Source of the DNA: Ignavibacteria bacterium
GTDB lineage: Bacteria > Bacteroidota > Ignavibacteria > Tepidaquicellales > Tepidaquicellaceae
Direction: 5' to 3'
Assembly (NCBI GenBank): GCA_019694675.1
Contig: JAIBBK010000035.1
Span: forward strand, 77,579-141,578
DNA length: 64,000 nucleotides
The notes beneath the pieces were generated by a model. It saw only the letters and a program-made list of their open reading frames with translations. It was not told where the DNA came from and searched no databases. Positions 45,716 to 56,163 of this stretch are shown piece after piece (within the stretch, counting starts at the first letter, position 1; every line of letters starts with the position of its first letter). The position numbers and the translations under genes were made by a program.

Positions 45716-47196
45716 GTACACCGTACGATAAATACGAACCTGTAATAGGGCTTGAAGTGCATGCCCAGATGATGACGAAGACAAAAGCATTTTGCGGTTG
45801 TCCTGCGGACTTCCATGCTCCGCCTAACACAAACGTGTGCCCAGTTTGCCTCGGGCATCCAGGTGTGCTTCCTGTCCTGAATTCCGAACTCGTTGACTGT
45901 GCATTGAAAATGGGATTAGCCACAAACTGTTCAATCAGGGAGAATACGATCTTTGCAAGGAAGAACTACTTCTATCCGGACCTTTCCAAAGGATATCAGA
46001 TCACACAGTTTGAAACACCGCTTTGCTTTGAAGGTCATGTGAACATAAGACTCAGGGACAAGTCAGTCAAAAAGATCGGGATCACGAGGATACACATGGA
46101 AGAAGATGCGGGAAAGTCCATTCACGATTTTTCGGAGAACGACACGCTTGTTGACTTCAACAGGTGCGGAGTGCCTCTTATCGAAATTGTAAGCGAGCCG
46201 GACATCAACTCATCTGACGAGGCATACAGATATTTATACAAGATCAGACAGATACTTGTTTACCTCGGAATAAATGACGGCAATCTTGAAGAAGGTTCAA
46301 TGAGATGCGATGCAAACATCTCGGTGCGAAGAAAAGGAGATGAGGAACTCGGCACAAGAACGGAGATCAAGAATCTCAATTCGTTCAAGAACGTGGTGGA
46401 TGCGATCGAAGCGGAAATGAAACGGCAGACAGAACTTATAGAATCGGGCGGCAAAGTTTCTTACCATACGATGACGTACAATGCCAAAGACAAGACAACA
46501 TCCCACACGCGAAGCAAGGAAGAAGCTCATGATTACAGGTATTTTCCCGAACCTGACCTTGTGAGACTGCATGTTGCAGCCGGGAAGATCGCACAAGTGA
46601 AGACCTCACTTCCCGAACCACCTGATGCAAGGACACTGAGAATGACCGGTCAATACGCCCTTACCGAAGCGGAGGCGGAGGAGATAACCGCAGAGAAACC
46701 TCATGCCGATTTTTACGAAGCCATAACATCCAAGCTCGGCAGTAAGGATCCGAAGACATACAGGATCGCCTCAAATATTTTCAGGGTGGACATCAAACGG
46801 ATACTGAATGAACAGAAGATCGGTATCGGCAGGTTCTTGCTCTCCCCTGCTGTTATCGCCCGGCTTGCTGATGCAGTGTCGGCGGGTGAAGTAAGCGCAA
46901 GCGCTTCGCGTGAGATATTCGCACAACTGCTCTCTGCAGGAAGCTCAGAGGCGGAGCAGATCAGCATGTTTGATGATCTGGTTCAAAAGTACAGGCAGGT
47001 CTCCGGGGAGTCGGAGATCGAAGAAATAGTGAAGAGTGTGCTTTCGCAGAACTCCAATGAAGTGGAAAGATATAAGAGCGGTGAAAAGAAGCTTGCGGCT
47101 TTCTTTGTGGGCAAGATAATGCAGGCAAGCAAGGGCAAGGCAAATCCCAGGATCGTAAATGAACTGCTAATAAAAAACCTCGAAGTCAATAACTGA
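45712..47196 (+). CDS. gatB: Asp-tRNA(Asn)/Glu-tRNA(Gln) amidotransferase subunit B
   Basis: 494 aa. EPVIGLEVHAQM and CPVCLGHPGVLPVLN. The GTG start overlaps the phr stop. Confidence 0.92.
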   Translation: MSTPYDKYEPVIGLEVHAQMMTKTKAFCGCPADFHAPPNTNVCPVCLGHPGVLPVLNSELVDCALKMGLATNCSIRENTIFARKNYFYPDLSKGYQITQFETPLCFEGHVNIRLRDKSVKKIGITRIHMEEDAGKSIHDFSENDTLVDFNRCGVPLIEIVSEPDINSSDEAYRYLYKIRQILVYLGINDGNLEEGSMRCDANISVRRKGDEELGTRTEIKNLNSFKNVVDAIEAEMKRQTELIESGGKVSYHTMTYNAKDKTTSHTRSKEEAHDYRYFPEPDLVRLHVAAGKIAQVKTSLPEPPDARTLRMTGQYALTEAEAEEITAEKPHADFYEAITSKLGSKDPKTYRIASNIFRVDIKRILNEQKIGIGRFLLSPAVIARLADAVSAGEVSASASREIFAQLLSAGSSEAEQISMFDDLVQKYRQVSGESEIEEIVKSVLSQNSNEVERYKSGEKKLAAFFVGKIMQASKGKANPRIVNELLIKNLEVNN

Positions 47197-47954
47197 TGAA
47201 CCGAAAACTTATTGCCGGCAATTGGAAAATGAACCTGAATGTGAAGGAATCAGTGCATCTTGCAAAGACTGTTGCAGCCGGCGTTTCAAATCTGAAAGAC
47301 CCTAATGCGGATGTGCTTATTTGTCCGGCGTTTCTCTCACTTGAACAATGCGGAAAGACACTGAAGGATTCGCCCGTAATGCTGGGAGCACAGGATGTGT
47401 GCGCAAATGATGAAGGAGCATATACCGGAGAAATATCCTCAGCGATGCTTTTGTCAGCCGGATGCGAATTCGTGATAATCGGCCACAGCGAAAGAAGGAA
47501 GTATTACTGCGAGACAAATGAAACAGTGAATCTGAAAGTAAAGAAGGCGCTTGAAAGAGGACTGAAGCCCGTGATGTGCGTTGGTGAAACACTTCAGGAG
47601 AGGCAGGATGAGATATTTGAAGCAATAGTCGGAGAGCAGATAACGGAGGGGCTGAAGGAAGTTTCAGAAGATCAGCTGAACTTCGTGACCATAGCATACG
47701 AACCGGTTTGGGCCATTGGGACAGGAGTGAACGCAACTCCGAAACAGGCATCCGACATGCACCTGTTCATAAGAAGGAAACTATCGCAACTCTGCAGTTC
47801 AGGTACTGCTGAAGCCGTGAGAATACTGTACGGCGGAAGCGTGAATGCAAAGAACGCAAAAGAAATACTCGCGGCTAAAGGGATTGACGGGGCGCTGGTG
47901 GGCGGTGCAAGCCTGAAAGCGGAAGACTTTCTGACAATCATTTCCGCCTGCTGA
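47196..47954 (+). CDS. tpiA: triose-phosphate isomerase
   Basis: 252 aa. IAGNWKMN, IAYEPVWAIGTG and LVGGASL. The start shares a base with the gatB stop (TGATG). Confidence 0.95.
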   Translation: MNRKLIAGNWKMNLNVKESVHLAKTVAAGVSNLKDPNADVLICPAFLSLEQCGKTLKDSPVMLGAQDVCANDEGAYTGEISSAMLLSAGCEFVIIGHSERRKYYCETNETVNLKVKKALERGLKPVMCVGETLQERQDEIFEAIVGEQITEGLKEVSEDQLNFVTIAYEPVWAIGTGVNATPKQASDMHLFIRRKLSQLCSSGTAEAVRILYGGSVNAKNAKEILAAKGIDGALVGGASLKAEDFLTIISAC

Positions 47955-47987
47955 ATTCAAAGAAAAAAAATAAACCAAAAAGCATAA

Positions 47988-49160
47988 ATGACAAGATCAG
48001 TTATAGTAGCGGCTCTCAGAACTCCCATCGGAAGTTATATGGGTTCTCTCTCGCCGCTCAGGGGCCCACAGCTCGGGGCCGTCGTAATCAAAGAACTTAT
48101 TGCAAAGACCGGTGTGAATCCTACGGACGTTTCCGAAGTCATCATGGGATGCGTGCTTCCGGCCGGAATGGGACAGGCGCCGGCAAGGCAGGCGGCCATT
48201 TTCGGAGGACTTCCGGACTCGGTTCCGTGCATGACCATCAACAAAGTATGCGGCTCCGGGCTCAAATCCGTCATGCTTGCCGATCAGGCGATCAAAGCCG
48301 GGGATGCAGAGGTTGTTATTGCCGGAGGATTTGAATCAATGAGCAATGTCCCCTACTATCTTGATAAGGCAAGAAGCGGTTACAGGATGGGAAACGGAAC
48401 ACTGATTGACGGAATGATCCATGACGGACTTTGGGATGTCTACAACAACTTTCACATGGGCAGCGCGGCGGAAATGTGTTCAAGGGAGATGAATATTTCA
48501 AAGGAAGAACAGGATTCATTTGCCGAGCAAAGCTACAGGCGGGCACTGAAAGCAATGGATGACGGGCTGTTCAGGGAAGAGATAGTTCCGGTTGAGATAA
48601 AGGACAGGAAAGGAACAGTCACGGTTACAGAAGATGAAGAACCGCGCAAAGTCAACTTTGATAAAGGCAGGACACTTAAGGGAGCATTTGAAAAGGACGG
48701 CACCGTAACGGCGTTCAACTCCTCTTCTCTGAACGACGGCGCCGCGGCCATTATGGTTATGTCGGAGGAGAAAGCCAAAGCACTCGGACTGAAACCTCTT
48801 GCCACAATTGCGGCACAGGGATCATTTGCACAGAAGCCCGAATGGTTCACCACTTCGCCGGCATATGCGATCAAGAATGTGCTGGAAAAGGCAAAGCTGA
48901 AAACAGGCGACCTTGACCTTGTTGAGGCCAACGAAGCATTTTCCGTTCAGGCATGTGCGGTAAACAAGCTCGCCGGACTTGATCCGGAAAAAGTGAACGT
49001 GCACGGCGGCGCAGTTGCCCTCGGCCATCCGATAGGAGCAAGCGGTGCAAGGATCCTCACCACCCTGCTTCATGCAATGAACAGCAGGGATGCAAAGCGA
49101 GGACTTGCCACACTTTGTATCGGAGGCGGCGAGGCCAGCGCGCTGATAGTTGAAAGATAA
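47988..49160 (+). CDS. acetyl-CoA C-acetyltransferase (thiolase II)
   Basis: 390 aa. Active-site Cys in [12 protein letters not shown] and C-terminal [12 protein letters not shown]. Confidence 0.92.
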   Translation: MTRSVIVAALRTPIGSYMGSLSPLRGPQLGAVVIKELIAKTGVNPTDVSEVIMGCVLPAGMGQAPARQAAIFGGLPDSVPCMTINKVCGSGLKSVMLADQAIKAGDAEVVIAGGFESMSNVPYYLDKARSGYRMGNGTLIDGMIHDGLWDVYNNFHMGSAAEMCSREMNISKEEQDSFAEQSYRRALKAMDDGLFREEIVPVEIKDRKGTVTVTEDEEPRKVNFDKGRTLKGAFEKDGTVTAFNSSSLNDGAAAIMVMSEEKAKALGLKPLATIAAQGSFAQKPEWFTTSPAYAIKNVLEKAKLKTGDLDLVEANEAFSVQACAVNKLAGLDPEKVNVHGGAVALGHPIGASGARILTTLLHAMNSRDAKRGLATLCIGGGEASALIVER

Positions 49161-49185
49161 TTACATCACATTAAACGACATACAC

Positions 49186-50046
49186 ATGGAAATCAGGAAG
49201 ACGGCAGTTATCGGTTCAGGCACTATGGGAAACGGCATTTCGCATACATTTGCGCAGTTCGGAATCCCGGTTGTGCTGATTGACATAAAGGAAGAAATGC
49301 TTTCAAAAGCGCTTGCAACAATTACAAAGAACCTCGACAGGCAGGTTGCCAAGGGCACTGTCACGGAGGACCAGAAAAACAATACTCTCGGAAATATCAC
49401 GACTTCGGTTGAACTTTCGGCCGCCGCAGACTGCGACCTTGCTGTTGAGGCCGCTACGGAAAATCCGGAGATCAAGAGAAAGATCTTCACGGAACTTGAC
49501 AAAATTTGCAGGCAGGATTCGATCCTGGCAACCAACACTTCTTCAATCTCAATAACTGAGATCGCAGCATTTACAGGACGTCCGGGCAAAGTGATCGGGA
49601 TGCATTTCATGAATCCCGTTCCGGTGATGAAACTCGTCGAGATAATCAGAGGGCTCGCCACAACAAACGAGACATATGAAACGATCAAAGAGCTCACTCT
49701 TAAGATTGAAAAGGTCCCTGTTGAAGTGCAGGATTATCCGGGGTTCATTTCAAACAGGATCCTCCTGCCAATGCTTAATGAGGCAATGTACTGCGTAATG
49801 GAAGGCGTCGCCACGCCGGAGTCAATTGACACTGTAATGAAGCTCGGTATGGCGCATCCGATGGGCCCGCTTACTTTGGCCGATTTCATCGGGCTTGACG
49901 TGTGCCTGTCCATAATGGAGGTCCTGCACAGCGGCCTTGGAGATTCAAAATACAGGCCGTGCCCGTTGCTCAGAAAAATGGTTGCCGCAGGATATCTTGG
50001 CAGAAAGAGTGGAAAGGGATTCTACGATTATTCAAACAATAAATAA
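49186..50046 (+). CDS. hbd: 3-hydroxybutyryl-CoA dehydrogenase
   Basis: ATG 49186 ([18 protein letters not shown] Rossmann motif) is preferred over TTG 49150, which overlaps the thiolase gene. Confidence 0.9.
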   Translation: MEIRKTAVIGSGTMGNGISHTFAQFGIPVVLIDIKEEMLSKALATITKNLDRQVAKGTVTEDQKNNTLGNITTSVELSAAADCDLAVEAATENPEIKRKIFTELDKICRQDSILATNTSSISITEIAAFTGRPGKVIGMHFMNPVPVMKLVEIIRGLATTNETYETIKELTLKIEKVPVEVQDYPGFISNRILLPMLNEAMYCVMEGVATPESIDTVMKLGMAHPMGPLTLADFIGLDVCLSIMEVLHSGLGDSKYRPCPLLRKMVAAGYLGRKSGKGFYDYSNNK

Positions 50047-50059
50047 ACCAAGGCAGAAC

Positions 50060-51202
50060 ATGAACTTTGACTTAACCGAAGACCAGGCGGCCATACGGGA
50101 TGCCGCAAGGGACTTTGCCGAGTCTGAAATTGCGCCCAGCGCAACAGAGAGAGACCTTAATGCAGAGTTTCCGTCCGAAATTGTGAAGAGACTCGGTGAA
50201 CTGGGATTTATGGGAATGATGGTACCGCCGGAATGGGGAGGAGCAGGCCTCGATACAGTATGCTATGTGCTTGCAATAGAAGAGATCTCAAAGAAGGATG
50301 CATCAGTCGGCGTGATAATGTCGGTGAATAATTCACTCGTTTGCTACGGGATCGAAAAGTTCGGAAGCGATCACCTTAAGGAAAAGTATCTCAAGCCTCT
50401 GGCCTCCGGCAAGTTGCTCGGAGCGTTTTGCCTTTCCGAACCTGAAGCCGGAAGTGATGCAACTCAGCAGAGAACCGAAGCGGTTCTTGACGGAGATCAC
50501 TATGTTCTCAACGGTATGAAGAACTGGATCACAAACGGGGTTAATGCCGACATCTACCTCATACAGGCCATGACTGACAAGTCAAAAGGATATAAGGGAA
50601 TTTCGACATTCATACTTGAGAAGAACACCGAGGGCGTTGAAGTTGGAAAGAAGGAAGACAAGCTCGGGATCAGAAGTTCTGACACATGTACTCTCGGACT
50701 CAACAATGTGAAAGTTCCAAAGGAAAACCTTGTCGGTTCGGAAGGACTTGGATTCAAGATCGCAATGGAAACCCTTAACGGCGGCAGGATCGGTGTAGCG
50801 GCGCAGGCGCTTGGCATAGCACAGGCAAGCCTCGAAGCCGCAGTGAAGTATTCTAAGGAAAGAAAGGCATTTGATGCGCCGATATCAGAACTTCAGGCGA
50901 TACAATTCAAGCTCTCAGAGATGGCCGTTTTGACGGAAGCAGCCCGAATGCTGATATACCAGGCGGCGCTGAAAAAGGACAGGCGTGAGAAGTTCATTAA
51001 AGAAGCATCTATGGCAAAGCTGGCGGCGAGCCAGGCGGCAGTGCATTGTGCGCTCGAGGCAATACAAATACACGGCGGTTACGGTTACGTAAGAGAGTAT
51101 CTGGTTGAGCGTTATCTCAGGGATGCCAAAATCACGCAAATCTACGAAGGCACGAGTGAGATACAGAGGATCGTGGTTGCAAGGGAATTGCTCAGAGACT
51201 GA
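50060..51202 (+). CDS. short-chain acyl-CoA (butyryl-CoA-type) dehydrogenase
   Basis: ATG 50060 ([14 protein letters not shown]). [11 protein letters not shown] and [11 protein letters not shown]. Confidence 0.9.
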   Translation: MNFDLTEDQAAIRDAARDFAESEIAPSATERDLNAEFPSEIVKRLGELGFMGMMVPPEWGGAGLDTVCYVLAIEEISKKDASVGVIMSVNNSLVCYGIEKFGSDHLKEKYLKPLASGKLLGAFCLSEPEAGSDATQQRTEAVLDGDHYVLNGMKNWITNGVNADIYLIQAMTDKSKGYKGISTFILEKNTEGVEVGKKEDKLGIRSSDTCTLGLNNVKVPKENLVGSEGLGFKIAMETLNGGRIGVAAQALGIAQASLEAAVKYSKERKAFDAPISELQAIQFKLSEMAVLTEAARMLIYQAALKKDRREKFIKEASMAKLAASQAAVHCALEAIQIHGGYGYVREYLVERYLRDAKITQIYEGTSEIQRIVVARELLRD

Positions 51203-51214
51203 GTATCATACAAG

Positions 51215-51244
51215 AGGCACGGCGCATTGCATTGTTCCGTGCCT
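51215..51244. terminator. hairpin between convergent acyl-CoA dehydrogenase and OMP genes (possible bidirectional terminator)
   Basis: 8-bp stem AGGCACGG / CCGTGCCT with a 14-nt loop, followed by TTTGCTG on the plus strand. Confidence 0.45.
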
Positions 51245-51258
51245 TTGCTGTAAAGGTA

Positions 51259-52005
51259 TCAGAATTTGTAAATGATGTTGAGCGCGAAGTTAAGATTGTT
51301 GAAGTTACCTGCAAGAGATGTGACCAGCGGCTTTTCCCCTTTCACACTGCTCAAAGGAATGAACCTGTAGCCCGCTTCAAATCCGATCCCGAACTTTGAT
51401 ACTGTCGCAATTCCCGCGATTGCCTCAAAATTCATGGTCCAGAAATTATTCGAGTTTTCCGTTGAATACAGATAGTCGAGCCTGCTGTCATCCTTGTACA
51501 CTCTCTGCTCCATTTCTTCGCTTATGTAAATGGGACCGGCTCCTCCCCCGATGTAAAAGAGGTTGAACGCCGAACCGTAATCTTTCCCGAACGGAAAATA
51601 CTTTGCGCGAAGATTTACCGGAAGGCAGTACAAACTTGTTGCAGTAGGTACATAATACCTGTTTGTGCCGTTGGATTCAAAATTAAATCCGCCCTGTTCC
51701 GATTCGTCTCCGCCGTAGTCATTGCTGAACATGTACGAAGGCGAGAATTCCAGTGCAACGGTTTCGCTTAGCACAACTCCGAAGAATGCATCAAGTTCCT
51801 TTACAAAGGCCTGTGAGGAGAAATCGAAGAAAGGATAAGCGTCGCTTGCCGTGCCGTCCGTGAAGAGTACAAACTTGTAGCCGGCACCCGTATAGAACAC
51901 TTGGTTCTGCGATCTCTTTTTTATCTGACAGAGTGAATCACCTGGTGCAAACAGCATGAAGGCAAATGGCAGAATCAGCAAAACAGACCTTGCACCCGCA
52001 ATCAT
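51259..52005 (-). CDS. putative outer-membrane beta-barrel protein
   Basis: 248 aa. Signal-like MIAGARSVLLILPFAFMLFAPGDSLCQ, alternating aromatic/Gly-rich strands and a C-terminal ...NFALNIIYKF with terminal Phe. The ATG overlaps the hslU stop (ATGA). Confidence 0.5.
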   Translation of the reverse strand: MIAGARSVLLILPFAFMLFAPGDSLCQIKKRSQNQVFYTGAGYKFVLFTDGTASDAYPFFDFSSQAFVKELDAFFGVVLSETVALEFSPSYMFSNDYGGDESEQGGFNFESNGTNRYYVPTATSLYCLPVNLRAKYFPFGKDYGSAFNLFYIGGGAGPIYISEEMEQRVYKDDSRLDYLYSTENSNNFWTMNFEAIAGIATVSKFGIGFEAGYRFIPLSSVKGEKPLVTSLAGNFNNLNFALNIIYKF

Positions 52006-53441
52006 AGAATATATCTGCTTAGATCCCTGTTTCTGATAATTGAATTCAGCTTCATGTGAACGTACACCCTGTCTATTCTCACTTCCTTCTCTTCGATCTT
52101 ATCGGGCATCTGAAAGAGCAGTTCCTCCAGGACAGTTGTAAGAATCGTATGAAGTCTTCTTGCACCAATGTTCTCCACCTGCTCATTGACCTGTGCCGCG
52201 ATCTTGGCTATCTCGCGAATGGCTTCTTCAGTGAACTCGAGATCTACATTCTCTGACGCAAACAATGCCTTATACTGCTTTATGAGTGCATTCTCCGGCT
52301 GTGTGAGGATCTTTATGAAATCCTCTTCACCCAGATTAGCAAGCTCAACTCTGATTGGAAATCTGCCCTGAAGTTCAGGAATAAGGTCACTTGGCTTGGA
52401 TGTATGAAATGCTCCGGAAGCTACAAACAAAATATGATCTGTCTTAACCGGCCCGTATTTCGTGATCACCGTTGAGCCTTCGACTATAGGCAGAAGATCA
52501 CGCTGAACTCCCTCCCTTGACACGTCCGGCCCCATTCCTTTTGAAGGCCCTCCCGCAACCTTGTCAATCTCGTCTATGAATACAATGCCGCTGTTTTCCA
52601 CCTTGTTAACGGCTTCCCTCACGGCCGCATCCGCATCTATCAATTTCCCGGATTCTTCCTGCGTCAGCACCTTTCTTGCATCGGCTATATTCATCTTCCT
52701 CTTCTTCGACTTCTTTGGCATCATATTGCCGAACAGGTCATTCAGATTGACTCCCATTTCGTCTAAACCAAGAGGCCCAAGTACCTGCAACATAGGGTAG
52801 TTATCCCCAGACACATCAAGTTCAATCGAGCGGTTATCCAGCTCGCCGTTCTTAAGCTGCAGCCGAAGTTTGTCTCTTGTGCTTGCTTTTTCAGCGGCTG
52901 TCTGTTCACCTGAATCATCATCTGAAGCCTTACTCTTCCCTGAAACGGGGATGATAATGTCCAGGATCCTCTCATCTGCATTTTCCTCAGCCTTCATCTG
53001 AACTTCCTTCATCTTCTCCGCCTTAACAGCATTGACTGAAAGGTCAGTAAGCTCTCTGATCATAGATTCAACATCACGTCCGACGTAACCGACTTCTGTG
53101 AATTTCGAGGCCTCAACCTTTATGAACGGGGCATTTGACAGCTTTGAGAGGCGCCTTGCAATTTCAGTCTTTCCGACGCCGGTCGGCCCTATCATTATGA
53201 TGTTGTTAGGCATGATCTCATCCTTCATAATGTCCTTTACCTGCTGTCTCCTCCATCTGTTTCTCAAAGCAATTGCAACCGACTTCTTGGCACTGTCCTG
53301 TCCGATCACATACTTATCCAGTTCTTCAACTATCTCGGAGGGAGTAAGCTGACGATGCACACTCGCCGGTTCAACCTTAGCCGGCGCCTGATCGCTCTTC
53401 TTCGGCCTTCCCCGCCCCTTCTTCTTTGGTTCTTCGGTCAC
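52002..53441 (-). CDS. hslU: ATP-dependent protease ATPase subunit HslU
   Basis: 479 aa counted from GTG 53441. Walker A MIGPTGVGKTEIARRL. An internal GTG at 53360 (MHRQLTPSEIVEELDKY) would give the canonical N-terminus. Confidence 0.92.
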   Translation of the reverse strand: MTEEPKKKGRGRPKKSDQAPAKVEPASVHRQLTPSEIVEELDKYVIGQDSAKKSVAIALRNRWRRQQVKDIMKDEIMPNNIIMIGPTGVGKTEIARRLSKLSNAPFIKVEASKFTEVGYVGRDVESMIRELTDLSVNAVKAEKMKEVQMKAEENADERILDIIIPVSGKSKASDDDSGEQTAAEKASTRDKLRLQLKNGELDNRSIELDVSGDNYPMLQVLGPLGLDEMGVNLNDLFGNMMPKKSKKRKMNIADARKVLTQEESGKLIDADAAVREAVNKVENSGIVFIDEIDKVAGGPSKGMGPDVSREGVQRDLLPIVEGSTVITKYGPVKTDHILFVASGAFHTSKPSDLIPELQGRFPIRVELANLGEEDFIKILTQPENALIKQYKALFASENVDLEFTEEAIREIAKIAAQVNEQVENIGARRLHTILTTVLEELLFQMPDKIEEKEVRIDRVYVHMKLNSIIRNRDLSRYIL

Positions 53442-53454
53442 TTCCGTTCCTTTC

Positions 53455-54000
53455 TTATTTTAGAGTTTCAATGCTGATGTTGTTGTTTGTGTAGATGCAA
53501 ATATCCGCCGCCTGTTCCAGCGCTTCCTTCACTATCTGTTCCGCATCAAGCTTTGTGTACTTGACGAGCATTCTTGCGGCGGTAAGCGCATACGGCGCAC
53601 CCGAGCCGATAGCTACAATCCCGTCATCAGGCTCGATCACATCTCCAGTTCCGGAAATGATGAGAGCATTTTGCCTGTCAAGCACTGCAAGCAATGCTTC
53701 AAGTCTGCGCAGGTATTTGTCGGTTCTCCATTCCTTGGCAAGCTCCACCGCAGCCCTGGGAAGATTGCCTTTATACTGTTCGAGCTTCGCTTCGAACCTC
53801 TCGAAAAGCGTGAAGGCATCCGATGTGGCGCCTGCAAATCCAGCAAGCACTTTTTCGTTGTAGAGTTTTCGAACTTTTTTGGTCGTGTGTTTTACGACAG
53901 TAGGACCCATTGTTACCTGTCCGTCACTGCCGATAACGGCGACACCGTCCCTTATCAGGCCGATCACCGTGGTTGAATGGAAACGGATGTGGCTATTCAA
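53455..54000 (-). CDS. hslV: ATP-dependent protease subunit HslV with a 9-residue N-terminal extension
   Basis: 181 aa. [12 protein letters not shown] ... GSDGQVT. The only in-frame canonical start upstream of the Thr-Thr is TTG at 54000. Confidence 0.9.
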   Translation of the reverse strand: MNSHIRFHSTTVIGLIRDGVAVIGSDGQVTMGPTVVKHTTKKVRKLYNEKVLAGFAGATSDAFTLFERFEAKLEQYKGNLPRAAVELAKEWRTDKYLRRLEALLAVLDRQNALIISGTGDVIEPDDGIVAIGSGAPYALTAARMLVKYTKLDAEQIVKEALEQAADICIYTNNNISIETLK

Positions 54001-54051
54001 GCAGATTTGTTTGGTTAGTCAATTAATATGTCAATTCCGGGCAAAGCCCGC

Positions 54052-55605
54052 TCATTTCAATTTCAGTTCCCGTCTCAGTCTTGCAATCGGCAGATCAAGC
54101 GCCTCACGGTATTTTGCCACTGTTCTGCGGGCAACTTCGTATCCGCTTTTGGCAAGTTCGCGGGAAAGCTGAAGATCGGTGAGCGGATGGCTCTTGTTCT
54201 CATTGTCAATCAGCTTCTTCAGCCTGTCCTTGATCTCCATGTTAGAAACATCTTCACCGTCGGACTTGTGCATCGTGCCGGTGAAGAATGATCTTAGTTC
54301 ATATATCCCGAAGTCTGTCTGCACATACTTGTTCCTCACAGCCCTGCTTACTGTGGATGTGTCCATGCCTATCTCTTCAGATACTTCCTTTTCAAGCATG
54401 GGTCTGAGCCCCTCACCGTTGTTGTCAAAGAATTCTTTCTGCCGCCTGATAATTGCCTCCATTATCTTTATCATCGTATCTCTTCTGGAGTTTATGGCTT
54501 CAATGAACCATTTTGCACGGTTGAAATTATTCAGCAGATAGTTCTTTGTATTCTGATCCAGCTTGCTCTTGCCGTTCATGTACATGTCCCTGTATGCACC
54601 GTTCACTCTCAGTGAAGGAGTGAACCGCTCATTGATGAAGATATCGTAACTGCCGTCTCTTGACCTCACAATCAGGTCGGGAACAATATAATTCTCGGGC
54701 TCGGCATTCTCACTGTATCCGGGCTTAGGATTAAGCTTGTGCAATAGTTCAAAGACCTGCTTCATTTCCTCCGGAGATGCGCTTAGCTCTTTCTCAAGTC
54801 TCTCAAAACGCTTCCTGACTATGTCATCAAAATGCATTGAGACAGCTTCCGAAGCGAGCGCTTTCAGATGGTCAGAGTACTTCCCTCTTTCGATCTGTAT
54901 GAGAAGGCATTCCTTGAGATTCCTGGCACCGATACCGGGAGGGTCAAGTTCCTTCTGTATCAGCTCAAGCGCTGAATTGAAGTCGGCAAGTGTAAATTCC
55001 TCGTTCTCAAATTCAGTCCCGGCCTTCTTCACCTTCAGGTCATTGAGTATGTCTTCCGGCTCCTCGGCAAGAAATCCGTCCTCATTCAGGGACCAGATTA
55101 TCTCTTCCGCTACAAAAATGATCTTCGGAGAAACATCACTGAGGTGAAGCTGAAGAAGCAGGCTTTCGTGGAGCTTCCCGCCTTCGTCCGCAATACTGCT
55201 GTAGTCAAAGGCCCTTGGCGCGGAACTTTCATATGAGGCGTACTCCTCGGCCTCGTTCTGAAAATATTCGTCCCAGTCATATTCGTCGTTCCTATCTGCA
55301 ACTTCAGACTTTGTCTCAGCATCCTCTGCTTCAATCTCCCTTTCCGCCTCTTCCGTCATTTCCGCCGGCGAGGGGTTATCTCTTACCGCATCTTCGTCCG
55401 GCTGATCCTTCTCCTCATTTAAGAAAGCATCATCAGTCGGTTCGCTTTCAAGTTCGGGGCCCTCTTCGAGAAGAGGATTCTGCTCCAGCTCGCGCTTAAC
55501 TATATTGTCGAGGGCAATTGAAGGGATTGCAAGAAGGTTTTGACTAAGTACTATCTTTGGTAAAAGCTTTTGTACCTGTTTCTGGGTTTGATATTGCTTA
55601 AGCAT
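54052..55605 (-). CDS. rpoN: RNA polymerase sigma-54 factor
   Basis: 517 aa. Gln-rich N-terminus MLKQYQTQKQVQK, acidic linker and C-terminal RpoN box ARRTVAKYREAL. Confidence 0.92.
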   Translation of the reverse strand: MLKQYQTQKQVQKLLPKIVLSQNLLAIPSIALDNIVKRELEQNPLLEEGPELESEPTDDAFLNEEKDQPDEDAVRDNPSPAEMTEEAEREIEAEDAETKSEVADRNDEYDWDEYFQNEAEEYASYESSAPRAFDYSSIADEGGKLHESLLLQLHLSDVSPKIIFVAEEIIWSLNEDGFLAEEPEDILNDLKVKKAGTEFENEEFTLADFNSALELIQKELDPPGIGARNLKECLLIQIERGKYSDHLKALASEAVSMHFDDIVRKRFERLEKELSASPEEMKQVFELLHKLNPKPGYSENAEPENYIVPDLIVRSRDGSYDIFINERFTPSLRVNGAYRDMYMNGKSKLDQNTKNYLLNNFNRAKWFIEAINSRRDTMIKIMEAIIRRQKEFFDNNGEGLRPMLEKEVSEEIGMDTSTVSRAVRNKYVQTDFGIYELRSFFTGTMHKSDGEDVSNMEIKDRLKKLIDNENKSHPLTDLQLSRELAKSGYEVARRTVAKYREALDLPIARLRRELKLK

Positions 55606-55607
55606 AA

Positions 55608-56156
55608 TCAGTCCTCCAAGTATCTTTTTTTCAGTGCATTGAAAAATTCTCTGCCATATTCCCTTACCAGCGCTTCCTCCAGAAATTCGAACACAGTAAT
55701 GTTCTCCGCCTCTCCCTTATCGAGAGCATCCTGGCATTCGTAAAGCTCTTCATATCTGATTATGTTCCTCCTCATGCCTTTAATCCGTATCGGAAAGAGG
55801 TGGCAGGATATTGGTTTGGGAAATCCCGTCCTCTTCTCATAATACGCTTTCTGAAACGAACACTTTGCTATTCCATCTTCGTAGTACGCAAAAACACACT
55901 CTTTGTCATCAACACTCTTTATGCCGTACTCCCCGTCCGTGATCTCCAGGAACCCTTCACTGATCAAGAACTCCGTGTGACGCGGGCTAAGGTATCCGCT
56001 TACCTTTTCGATCAGCTTCTTTATGCGGGGCACTTCTTCCTTCAGCAGTGGCGCGCCTCCGGCACCTTTGAGTGTACAGCAAGCGCCGTAGCATTTGGCC
56101 ACATCACAGGAAAACTTCACACTGAAGATCCTGTCGTCAATAATGAATTTTGTCAA
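55608..56156 (-). CDS. DUF3109-family Cys-rich protein
   Basis: CDVAKCYGACCTLKG near the N-terminus. The ORF-track start (ATG 56246) overlaps dprA by 83 nt. TTG at 56156 (7 nt after the dprA stop) gives a family-typical N-terminus. Confidence 0.65.
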   Translation of the reverse strand: MTKFIIDDRIFSVKFSCDVAKCYGACCTLKGAGGAPLLKEEVPRIKKLIEKVSGYLSPRHTEFLISEGFLEITDGEYGIKSVDDKECVFAYYEDGIAKCSFQKAYYEKRTGFPKPISCHLFPIRIKGMRRNIIRYEELYECQDALDKGEAENITVFEFLEEALVREYGREFFNALKKRYLED

Positions 56157-56163
56157 CAGCTCA

